A stretch of 64,000 nucleotides of DNA. Source: an uncultured Verrucomicrobiota bacterium (lineage in GTDB: Bacteria; Verrucomicrobiota; Verrucomicrobiia; Limisphaerales; UBA1319). Below are positions 1 through 8,253 of the stretch, one piece after another. Location of the stretch: contig CAYPCQ010000038.1 in the NCBI GenBank assembly GCA_964409245.1, forward strand, positions 1,105-65,104. Reading direction: 5' to 3'. The translations under genes and the position numbers were made by a program. A model generated the notes under the pieces. The model searched no databases. It saw only the letters and a program-made list of their open reading frames with translations, and had not been told where the DNA came from. How positions within the stretch are numbered: the first letter of the stretch is position 1; the number at the start of each line of letters is the position of its first letter.

Positions 1-1296
1 GGGCAGGATGTGCTCTACCGGTCCGATCTGCCCGGCTGGCTCCAGGAAGCCTTGATCAACGCCCCTTACGCGCTGGCCAAAAATTCCGTCTGGCTGGCCA
101 AAACCCGGACGGACGATTGGTGGGGTGAGGATGGCTTGTTCCTGGTCAACGAAAGTTTCTCGACCTGCGCGGTCACCGAGACCATGCCTTGCCGGTATTT
201 TGGCCACTGGCCCGCCCTCTGGTTTTTCCCGGATCTGGAGCTGAATACCTTGCGGGCGATCCGGCATTTCCAATTGCGGGATGGGGAGCCGCCCTTCTGC
301 CTGGGTGTGGGATTCGCCATCCGCGATCCCCGCTATCACTGCCAGCATACGTGTGGCGCGGGGGAGTTCGCCCAGATGATCCACCGTTATTACCTGCGCT
401 CGGGCGACGCCGCTTTCCTGCGGGAGTTCTGGCCCTCCGCACGGGATTCGCTGAATTTCCTGCTCAGCCTGGACCGGGACCAGGACGGGCTGGTGGAAGA
501 CCATCCCCACAACGTGGAGGGTGAAACTTTTCCGGCCAACAACCCCCTGGATAACTGGCCCTGGCATGGCGCCAGCAGCTATACCGCGGGCAAGGGGCTG
601 GCCTCGCTGGCCTGCGGTATCCGCCTGGCGGAGCTGGCGGGGGATTCCGCCCAGGCCGGGCGCTGGCGCACGGCGCTGGCGCGGGGCCAAAAAGCCTACG
701 AGGAGAAGCTTTGGACCGGCAGCTATTACCGGACCTACCACGACACCCAGACCGGCCGCCGCAACGATTCCTCCTTTTCCGCCCAGCTCAGCGGCCTCTG
801 GGGCACGCGGGTGCTGGGCGTGGACGATTACCTGCCGAAAGATCGCATCTTGAAAGCCCTGGAGACGGTGGCCCGCCTCAATCTGCCGGCTTCGCCGTAT
901 GGCATGGTGGACGCCGTGAATCCGGATGGCACCTGGTGCGTGGAGGGGGCCGGCTCCGGTCTGCCGGACTCGGTTTGGTCCCGGGATATTTTCATCCAAT
1001 GCAACGCCACCGCCGCCATGGTGTATCTGTTCCAGGGCCAGCGGGAGCTGGGCAGCCGGGCCGCCCAAACCATGCTGGATACTTTGTTCCGCGGCCCGCA
1101 CGCCATGCCCTGGTCCCAGCCCTGCGGGGTGAATTCCAAGAACGGCCGCACCTGCCACGGGCACGATTATTACGACCACATGGTCGTCTGGAGCTATCCC
1201 CTGGCTTTTTATAATCAGGAGGTCAGCGCCCTGTGCGCCCCTGGTGGCCTGGTGGGGCAAATCCTCGCGGCCACCGCCGTTCCGGCCAAAAAGTGA
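1..1296 (+). CDS. GH116-like (GBA2/DUF608) glycoside hydrolase, C-terminal (alpha/alpha)6 catalytic part; gene probably begins upstream of the window
   Basis: The ORF is open to the left edge. It contains LWFFPDLE, 'YYLRSGDAAFLREFWP', 'LDRDQDGLVE', 'LDNWPWHG.SSY' and 'EKLWTGSYY', as in GH116 catalytic domains. Confidence 0.7.
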   Translation, partial: GQDVLYRSDLPGWLQEALINAPYALAKNSVWLAKTRTDDWWGEDGLFLVNESFSTCAVTETMPCRYFGHWPALWFFPDLELNTLRAIRHFQLRDGEPPFCLGVGFAIRDPRYHCQHTCGAGEFAQMIHRYYLRSGDAAFLREFWPSARDSLNFLLSLDRDQDGLVEDHPHNVEGETFPANNPLDNWPWHGASSYTAGKGLASLACGIRLAELAGDSAQAGRWRTALARGQKAYEEKLWTGSYYRTYHDTQTGRRNDSSFSAQLSGLWGTRVLGVDDYLPKDRILKALETVARLNLPASPYGMVDAVNPDGTWCVEGAGSGLPDSVWSRDIFIQCNATAAMVYLFQGQRELGSRAAQTMLDTLFRGPHAMPWSQPCGVNSKNGRTCHGHDYYDHMVVWSYPLAFYNQEVSALCAPGGLVGQILAATAVPAKK

Positions 1297-1420
1297 GGTG
1301 GGCATTGTCCAGGCAACCCCGTTGTCTGGGATGGAGTGGTGATTGCCGTCCCGGCCGCCCTGGCCACGAGATTGCCAATTTTGATGGCGCGCCCGCCGGA
1401 ATATGGGCATAAAACAGCTT

Positions 1421-3517
1421 ATGAAGAATCACAATTGTTGCATCCTGGCCGGCGGCGCGTTGCTGGCGGGCTGGTTGAACGCCCAAGCCGCCGCGGTGGT
1501 ATTCCACGTCGCCCCCGGCGGCAGCGATGCCTGGTCCGGCAAGCTCGCCGCGGCCAATCCCCAGGGAAACGACGGTCCCCTGGCCACGCTGGAGCAAGCC
1601 CGGCTGCAGATCCGCAAGCTGAACCAGGGGGGCGGCCTGCCGCGCGGGGGCGTGGAAGTGGTGGTCCACAACCCCCTTTGCGAGCTGGCCCAGACCTTCG
1701 CCCTGGCCGCCGAAGACTCCGGCACTCCGGAGGCCCCGGTCAGCTATCGGGCTGCCACCAGCCAGGCGGTGCGGATTTCCGGCGGGCGCCAGGTGGCCAA
1801 CTGGCGGAAAGTGACCGAGCCGTCGATCCTGGACCGGCTCGACGCCTCCGCGCGGGGCGAAGTCTGGCAGGCGGATTTGCGCGCGCTGGGGGTCACCCAT
1901 TTTGGGGAAGCGGGCGGCGGCGGCCTGGAGCTGTTTTTCCAGGACCAGCCGATGCGCCTGGCCCGCTGGCCCAATGAAGGCTTTGTAAAAATCGCCTCGG
2001 TGCTCGGCAAAACGCCGGTGGACGTGCGGGGCACCAAAGGCTGCGTGGAGGGGATATTCACTTACGAAGGGGATCGCCCGCAGCGCTGGACCGGGGAAAA
2101 AGAGGGCTGGCTGCACGGGTATTGGTTCTGGGATTGGGCGGACCAGCGCCAGCCCATCCAGGCCATCGACACCGCCCGCAAAACCTTGGAGCTCAAGCCC
2201 CCCTACCACAATTACGGCTACCGCAACCGGCAATGGTTTTACGCGTTCAACCTGCTCGCGGAGATCGACCAACCCGGCGAGTGGTACCTGGACCGGGAGG
2301 CGGGCCAGCTCTATTTCTGGCCACCCGCCCCCCTGGCGCAAGCCCGCACCGCCGTCTCCGTGCTGCCCACGCTGGTCACCCTGCGGGAGGTCTCCCACGT
2401 GACCTGGCACGGCTTCATTTTTGAGGCCGCCCGGGGCACGGCCATCCAGGTTTCCGGCGGCGCCGGCAACCGCTTTCTCGCCTGCACGATCCGCAACGTG
2501 GGCGACTCCGCCCTCAGCCTTTCGGGCGGGGAAAACCACGGCGTGGCGGGCTGCGATATCTATCAGTGCGGCTCCGGCGGCATCTCGCTGCGGGGTGGCA
2601 ACCGGGCCACGCTCGCCCCCGCGGGGCATTTCGCCGACAACAACCACATCCACCATTATGGCCGCTGGAAGCCGATGTATTCCGCGGGCATCAACCTGGA
2701 CGGAGTGGGTTGCCGGGCCAGCCATAACCTGATCGAGAATGCGCCCCACCAGGCCATCTCCTTCGGCGGCAACGATCACCTGATGGAGTTCAACGAAATC
2801 CACAGCGTTTGTTTCGAGTCCAACGATGCCGGCGCCATCTATTCCGGGCGGGATTGGACGATGCGCGGCACCGTGATCCGCTTCAACCACCTCCACGATA
2901 TCACCGGGTTTGAGGGGCGCGGCTGCGTGGGGGTCTATCTGGATGACATGTTTTGCGGCACGGAGATTTCCGGCAACCTCTTCCGGAAGGTCACCAGCGC
3001 CGCTTTCATTGGCGGCGGGCGGGATTGCCTGGTGTCCAACAACATCTTTTTGGACTGCAATCCGGCGCTGCATGTGGATGCCCGCGCCCTGGGCTGGGCC
3101 AAATACCATGCCGACGACTGGGTGAAAGAGGGCCGCGAAAAAGGGACGCTCTCCGGCACGGCTTACAACCAACCACCCTACAGCGTCCGTTACCCGCAGC
3201 TGGTCAACATCCTGGCTGAGGAGCCCCATGCGCCCCGCGGCAACGTGGCCGCCCGGAATATTTGCCTGGGTGGCCGTTGGGATGGAGTGGAGCCCAAAGC
3301 CCGGCCGATGGTTCAATTCCAGGATAACCTGATCAATGTGGATCCCCACTTTGTCGATGCGGCCAGGCAGGATTATCGCCTGCGCGACGATTCGCCGGCC
3401 TTTACCCTGGGCTTCCGGCCCATACCCATCGGGAAAATCGGCCTTTACGCGGATAAAAACCGGGCTTCCTGGCCGGTGGAACACCAGGTGCGGCCGGTGG
3501 CTGCCCGCCGGGAGTGA
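1421..3517 (+). CDS. Secreted right-handed parallel beta-helix protein (GH141-like putative glycosidase)
   Basis: Signal peptide ending AQA-A, 'FHVAPGGSDAWSG...DGPLATLEQA', 'LARWPN', 'IDQPGEWYLD', 'DAGAIY', 'GVYLDD' and periodic beta-helix repeats. The start could be 1403 or 1421. Confidence 0.8.
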   Translation: MKNHNCCILAGGALLAGWLNAQAAAVVFHVAPGGSDAWSGKLAAANPQGNDGPLATLEQARLQIRKLNQGGGLPRGGVEVVVHNPLCELAQTFALAAEDSGTPEAPVSYRAATSQAVRISGGRQVANWRKVTEPSILDRLDASARGEVWQADLRALGVTHFGEAGGGGLELFFQDQPMRLARWPNEGFVKIASVLGKTPVDVRGTKGCVEGIFTYEGDRPQRWTGEKEGWLHGYWFWDWADQRQPIQAIDTARKTLELKPPYHNYGYRNRQWFYAFNLLAEIDQPGEWYLDREAGQLYFWPPAPLAQARTAVSVLPTLVTLREVSHVTWHGFIFEAARGTAIQVSGGAGNRFLACTIRNVGDSALSLSGGENHGVAGCDIYQCGSGGISLRGGNRATLAPAGHFADNNHIHHYGRWKPMYSAGINLDGVGCRASHNLIENAPHQAISFGGNDHLMEFNEIHSVCFESNDAGAIYSGRDWTMRGTVIRFNHLHDITGFEGRGCVGVYLDDMFCGTEISGNLFRKVTSAAFIGGGRDCLVSNNIFLDCNPALHVDARALGWAKYHADDWVKEGREKGTLSGTAYNQPPYSVRYPQLVNILAEEPHAPRGNVAARNICLGGRWDGVEPKARPMVQFQDNLINVDPHFVDAARQDYRLRDDSPAFTLGFRPIPIGKIGLYADKNRASWPVEHQVRPVAARRE

Positions 3518-3674
3518 TTGGCGGCGCCGGGTTTGGGCCACGCGCCTGGATTTTAAAAAACCGCTTACCCAGTTCCGGGTTTTTGCCGATATCAACCAGG
3601 CGGGGGCATTCACGCCCCGGTCCGCCGCTGGCTTATGCGGACGGCGTGTGGCAAACAACAAACCAACGGATCCC

Positions 3675-6600
3675 ATGTTGAAGATGGCGATAAAACTGGC
3701 CGGTGCGCTCCCGATCCTGGGCCTGATAGCCCAGGATGCAGGGGCGCAGTCCGTGGCTTTGGACACCACGTTCCTGCCGCATCCTGGAGCCAACGCCGCA
3801 GTGCAATCCCTGGCAGTGCAGCCCGATGGCAAAGTGGTGTTGGGAGGATCCTTTACCCGCGTCAATTTCACCCCCTGGAACCGCCTCGGCCGGGTGGAGG
3901 CCGGCGGCGGCGTGGATGCCGGCTTCCATCCCGGGAGCGGCGCGGACGGGGTGGTCAACTCGGTGGCGCTGCAAGCCGATGGCAAAATCCTGTTGGGCGG
4001 GGCTTTCACCAACTTCAACGGCACGCTTTCGCCCCGCCTGGCCCGGTTGAACGCGGATGGCACCCTGGATCAAGGCTTCAACGTGGGCGCCGGGCCGGAC
4101 GGGAATATCAATTTCGTGGCGGCGCTGGCCGGCGGGCAGGTGCTGATCCAAGGCGTTTTCCGGAATTACCAGGGCCAGGCGTGCAGCCAGTTGGCGCGGC
4201 TGAATCCCAATGGGAGCCTGGACACCAACTACCATGCCGCAGCGCCCAATTTTATCCCGATCGGCAGCATCCAGGCCGTGGCGGCCCTGCCGGAAGGGCC
4301 GGTGCTATACAGCGGCAATTTCACTGCCATCAGCAGGATGCCGGTCCAGCGCCTGGTCCGCCTGGATGCCGGCGGCGCGCTGGACACGAATTTCTGCCTC
4401 CAAGCCAGCCTGAACGCTCCGGCCTCTTCCATTGTGCCGCAACCGGACGGCAGGATTCTCCTTTCCGGCTCCTTCACCAACGTCAATGGGCAGGCCCGGA
4501 GCCGGGTGGCCCGTTTGAATGCCGATGGCAGCCTCGATGAAAGCTTCAACCAGGTCAGCCTGGTTGGAACGGTCGGCTGGGGCGGCCCGCGCCTGGCCAG
4601 GCAGCCTGATGGCCAAATCATCCTGTGGGGGGCCTTCACCAACGTGAACGGTGCGGCCCGCCTGGGCTGCGCCCGGTTGGATGCCGAAGGCCGCCTGGAT
4701 GGCGCGTTCAGCCCGGATTGGCTGGCCAGCGCCGGCTCCATCCGCAGCGTCGTCTTCCAGGGAGATGGCGGGATGCTGGCGGGGAATGCCAGCGCCTCCA
4801 GCGCGAATCATTTGCAGCGTTTCCAGGCCGGCGGTGCCCTGGATGCAGGCTGGATGGGCGATACCGGCTCCAACGAAGGCGTCTGGAAAATGGCCGGGCA
4901 GCCGGATGGCAAATTCCTTTTGGGCGGTTATTTCACCAAATACAACGGCCTCCCGCGATCCTCCCTCGTGCGCATCCTTCCTGATGGCCAGGCGGATCCG
5001 GGGTTTGTGCCGGATTTATACAGCGAATCGGATGTTCTTGTCTCCGCCATCCTGGTGCAACCCGACGCCAAAATCGTGGTCGGCGGCGCCTTCACGCGGG
5101 CGGGCGGCCTGGAGCGGACCAATATCGCGCGGCTTGATGCGGACGGCACGGTGGAGGCGGCGTTCGCCGGTGGGCTGGGGCCCGACGGAGAAGTGGCCGC
5201 CCTGGCCCTCCAGCCCGATGGGAAAATCCTGGCGGGCGGTTACTTCAGCACCTGGAACGAACAATCCCGCACGGGCCTGGTCCGGCTGCTTCCCAACGGA
5301 GCCTTGGATGCCGGATTTGACCTCCACCTGCCGCCAAACAGTGAGGTCACAGTCCTGCTCCGCCAGCCCGATGACCGGATCCTGGTGGGGGGCGTGTTCC
5401 GGCAGGTCAATGGGATCGGCCGCACCAACCTGGCGCTCCTCAAACCCGATGGCTCCCTTGATGAAAGCTTCAATGCCAATCCCGGGCCTGACGCCGCCGT
5501 TTATGCCCTGGCCCTGGAACCGGGCGGGAAAATCCTGGTGGGTGGGGAGTTCAACACCTGGAACCAGCTCGCCCGGAGAGCGGTGGTGCGGCTGCACCCG
5601 GACGGACGGCTGGACGAAACGTTCGCCACCGGCCAGCCAGCCTTGGACGGCCAGGTTTACGCCCTCCAGGTGCAGCGCGATGGCCGGATTCTTGCCGGCG
5701 GCTATTTGCAGCTGGACAACCAGCGGCTTATGCTGGCCCGCTTCAATCCGGATGGGAGCTGGGATCCGTCTTTCAACATCGGAAAGGATTTCAACAGCAA
5801 TGTCAGCAGCCTGGCCCAGCCGTCCGATGCCCGGCTGCTGGTGGCAGGCGATTTCAGCCGCATCCAGGATTGTCCCCGGGGCGGCATCGCCCGCCTGGCC
5901 ATGGACCCGGCCGTGGTGCCCCAGGCCATCGTCCGCCTGGGCTATGCCACGGTTCGCGCCGGGGAGAGCATCGGCTGGGAGGCGGTGGCCGTCGGCTTGC
6001 CTCCGCTGACCTTCCAGTGGTTGCTCGATGGCGTCCCGGTCCCGGGACAAAATGCGCTGCCGTGCCAGCTCACTAATTTATCCCCGTCCGCCGCTGGCTG
6101 GTATGCGCTCGCCATCTCCAATAGTTTTGGCGGCGTGACCAGCGCCCCGGTTCGGCTGACGGTCCTGCCCGCTTCCGCCCGGCCGGGATCCCTGGATGGG
6201 AGGTTCCAGCTTTCCCTGCTTCCGGACCGCCAGGTATGGTCCATCCTGGAACAGCCGGATGGCCAGGTGGTGGCGGGCGGCGCCCCGGTGCGTTACAACC
6301 CCGATGGCAGCCTGGACCCCCAATTCCAGCCTGGCTCCCCCGCCAGCGGGGAGGTTTACGGATTGTTGCGGCTGCCAGATGGCCGCCTCCTGGCCGGCGG
6401 GACCTTCACCAATTATAACGGCGAACCCCACACCAACCTGGTCTGCCTGCTGCCCGGCGGGCAGGTGGATGCTGGTTTTGCGGCAAATATCACCGGTGGC
6501 CCGGAGGCTTTCATTTACGCGATGGCCGTGCAGGCCGGCAGCAACCTCGTGGTTTCCGGATCCTTCACCCATTGCAACGGCCTTCCCAGGGCCAACCTCG

Positions 6601-7391
6601 CCCGGTTCCACCCGGATGGCCGTCTGGACCTGGATTTTGATCCGGCCGGGCCAGCCGGGTATGCCTGGGCCATGGCGGTGCTGCCGGACCAGCGGATTCT
6701 CCTGGCCGGGGATTTTGGATTGGCCTGCTTGATGCCGGATGGCGCCATGGACCCACGGATCCGCCTGACGGCCAGCGCCGGCCAGGCCCTGCTCCTCCAG
6801 CCGGATGGCAGAATCCTTTTTGGCGGAGACGGCACTTTGCTCCGGTTGTTTCCGGACGGCAGCCGGGATGCCGGCTTCAAGCCCAGCCTGGACGATTGGA
6901 TGTTCGGCGCCGTTTATGCCCTGGCCCTCCAACCCGATGGCAAGCTGGTGGTGGCTGGCGGCCCCTCCGGATGGGATCCCGGACAGCCGTCGTTCGTGGC
7001 GCGCCTGAACCCGGATGGCACCACCGATCCCAGTTTTGCCATTCAAAGCACGCAGGGAGGCATCTGGGCATTGATCCGTTTGCGCGGCGGCCAATTCCTG
7101 ATCGGCGGCAGTTTCACCAGTTACGGCGGCCAGCCAGCCCGGTTCCTTGCCCGGTTGCATGAGGATGAGGCCGTGGATGTCCGCCCCCTTTCTCTGATCA
7201 CCCGCCGCGGAGCTGGTGGCTTGGAAATCGGGCTGGTGGGTGAGCCGCTCACGCCATACCGCCTGGACATTTCCGCGAACCTGGCTTCCTGGCAAAGGTG
7301 GACCAATGTCGTCTCCACTGGCACCAACTGGCTGACCGATGAGGCGGGCCTGGGCTTGCCCCGGCGTTTTTACCGCGCCGGGTCGCCTTGA
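3675..7391 (+). CDS. Secreted delta-60 repeat (DUF5122 beta-propeller) protein with an Ig domain and a short C-terminal module
   Basis: About 20 repeats of 'ALQPDGKILxGGxFT...RLNxDGSLDxxF'. An Ig-like stretch 'GLPPLTFQW...AGWYALAISNSFGGVTS' is present. The signal peptide follows ATG 3675. Confidence 0.9.
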   Translation: MLKMAIKLAGALPILGLIAQDAGAQSVALDTTFLPHPGANAAVQSLAVQPDGKVVLGGSFTRVNFTPWNRLGRVEAGGGVDAGFHPGSGADGVVNSVALQADGKILLGGAFTNFNGTLSPRLARLNADGTLDQGFNVGAGPDGNINFVAALAGGQVLIQGVFRNYQGQACSQLARLNPNGSLDTNYHAAAPNFIPIGSIQAVAALPEGPVLYSGNFTAISRMPVQRLVRLDAGGALDTNFCLQASLNAPASSIVPQPDGRILLSGSFTNVNGQARSRVARLNADGSLDESFNQVSLVGTVGWGGPRLARQPDGQIILWGAFTNVNGAARLGCARLDAEGRLDGAFSPDWLASAGSIRSVVFQGDGGMLAGNASASSANHLQRFQAGGALDAGWMGDTGSNEGVWKMAGQPDGKFLLGGYFTKYNGLPRSSLVRILPDGQADPGFVPDLYSESDVLVSAILVQPDAKIVVGGAFTRAGGLERTNIARLDADGTVEAAFAGGLGPDGEVAALALQPDGKILAGGYFSTWNEQSRTGLVRLLPNGALDAGFDLHLPPNSEVTVLLRQPDDRILVGGVFRQVNGIGRTNLALLKPDGSLDESFNANPGPDAAVYALALEPGGKILVGGEFNTWNQLARRAVVRLHPDGRLDETFATGQPALDGQVYALQVQRDGRILAGGYLQLDNQRLMLARFNPDGSWDPSFNIGKDFNSNVSSLAQPSDARLLVAGDFSRIQDCPRGGIARLAMDPAVVPQAIVRLGYATVRAGESIGWEAVAVGLPPLTFQWLLDGVPVPGQNALPCQLTNLSPSAAGWYALAISNSFGGVTSAPVRLTVLPASARPGSLDGRFQLSLLPDRQVWSILEQPDGQVVAGGAPVRYNPDGSLDPQFQPGSPASGEVYGLLRLPDGRLLAGGTFTNYNGEPHTNLVCLLPGGQVDAGFAANITGGPEAFIYAMAVQAGSNLVVSGSFTHCNGLPRANLARFHPDGRLDLDFDPAGPAGYAWAMAVLPDQRILLAGDFGLACLMPDGAMDPRIRLTASAGQALLLQPDGRILFGGDGTLLRLFPDGSRDAGFKPSLDDWMFGAVYALALQPDGKLVVAGGPSGWDPGQPSFVARLNPDGTTDPSFAIQSTQGGIWALIRLRGGQFLIGGSFTSYGGQPARFLARLHEDEAVDVRPLSLITRRGAGGLEIGLVGEPLTPYRLDISANLASWQRWTNVVSTGTNWLTDEAGLGLPRRFYRAGSP

Positions 7392-7410
7392 TCCCGGTTC
7401 TCCGCCCACC

Positions 7411-7560
7411 AAAAGCCCCGCAGGGGCGGAATAATCCAGCCCAGGGGGAGCGCAGCGAAGCCCTGGGTTTCGGATGGCAAAAAGAGGAATTGTGGTTTTG
7501 GGTGAGGTCATTCGCGGCGCTCATTGGCCCTGGGCTGTAATAGTGTTGCCCCTTCAGGAC
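7411..7560. repeat. REP-like inverted element (AGCCCCGnAGGGGCG...AGCCCAGGG family)
   Basis: AGCCCCGCAGGGGCGGA-ATAATCC-AGCCCAGGG...CCCTGGG at 7414-7467 has an inverted partner CCCTGGGCT...GCCCCTTCAGG at 7528-7558. A second half-copy lies at 46652-46690. Confidence 0.7.
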
Positions 7561-7616
7561 GAGGAAAAATGCATTATCCGGCGCGCTGGATGCCGCCGCC
7601 CACGGATTATAAAACT

Positions 7617-7778
7617 CATTTTGAAAAGCAAATGCCTGCGGCAGCTGGTTCGCTCCCGCAACCGCCGATTGGATCGGCGCCAGCCGGTTCACCGGGTCAT
7701 AGGCTTTGGCCGTGGTCATTATCACAACGGATCCCTGCTTGAAGTTAATCTGGCTCACCGCTGGTGAATTGGCAACGC
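7617..7778 (-). pseudogene. RHS/YD-repeat protein fragment
   Basis: Translates as 'VANSPAVSQINFKQGSVVIMTTAKAYDPVNRLAPIQS...AFAFQ', with a YDxxNRL motif. It has no proper start or end. Confidence 0.65.
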
Positions 7779-7779
7779 A

Positions 7780-8225
7780 GGAATAGTTGCCCGGGAGTCA
7801 TAGTAAGCGAGTACGTCCGGGCATGCCGGCCAGGCGGGAGGAGACGGATCCGGAGCAACCGGATGCCTCTGCGTTGCGCCAATTCCGGGTGGCGGGCCTT
7901 GGGCGGATTGGGCCTGGTTTGGAGTTTACCAGCCGCAGATCCGCCTCGTGACCTCGGCGGCTACCCGCGTTAGGTTCTTCCATGCAACAGGAGTGTTCGC
8001 TAATCCAAGGTGGGTAGCCGCCGACGTAAGCAGGCGGACCCGGACCATTCGTGTGCCTATGGTCGGCACCCCCCGCGCAACACGTCTTGGGCAAATTCCA
8101 AGCGGATTGGAATTCGCCCGCGCCAGATCCGCCTCGTGACCTCGGCGGCTACCCGCGTTGGGTTCTTCCATGCCACGGAAGTGTTCACTCTCCCAACGCG
8201 GGTAGCCGCCGACGTAAGGCGGACC
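7780..8225. repeat. GTAG-type REP array (two REPIN-like doublets) with a conserved 5' flank
   Basis: TCCGCCTCGTGACCTCGGCGGCTAC at 7940-7964 and 8128-8152, with inverted GTAGCCGCCGACGTAAG(CAG)GCGGA at 8014-8038 and 8202-8223. The segment 7780-8050 recurs at 46688-46950. Confidence 0.85.
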
Positions 8226-8253
8226 TGGGCGCGAATGCCGGGAGGCGGGGCTG

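Noticed and set aside
1223-4063. 946-aa minus-strand ORF and other long antisense ORFs (e.g. 18954-21002, 59152-61464, 34047-35708)
   Set aside because: These are shadow frames of GC3-rich genes, with no motifs and full overlap with well-supported CDSs.
7940-8223. CRISPR array
   Set aside because: The repeats alternate in orientation, the spacers resemble each other, and there are no cas genes. This fits REP doublets.
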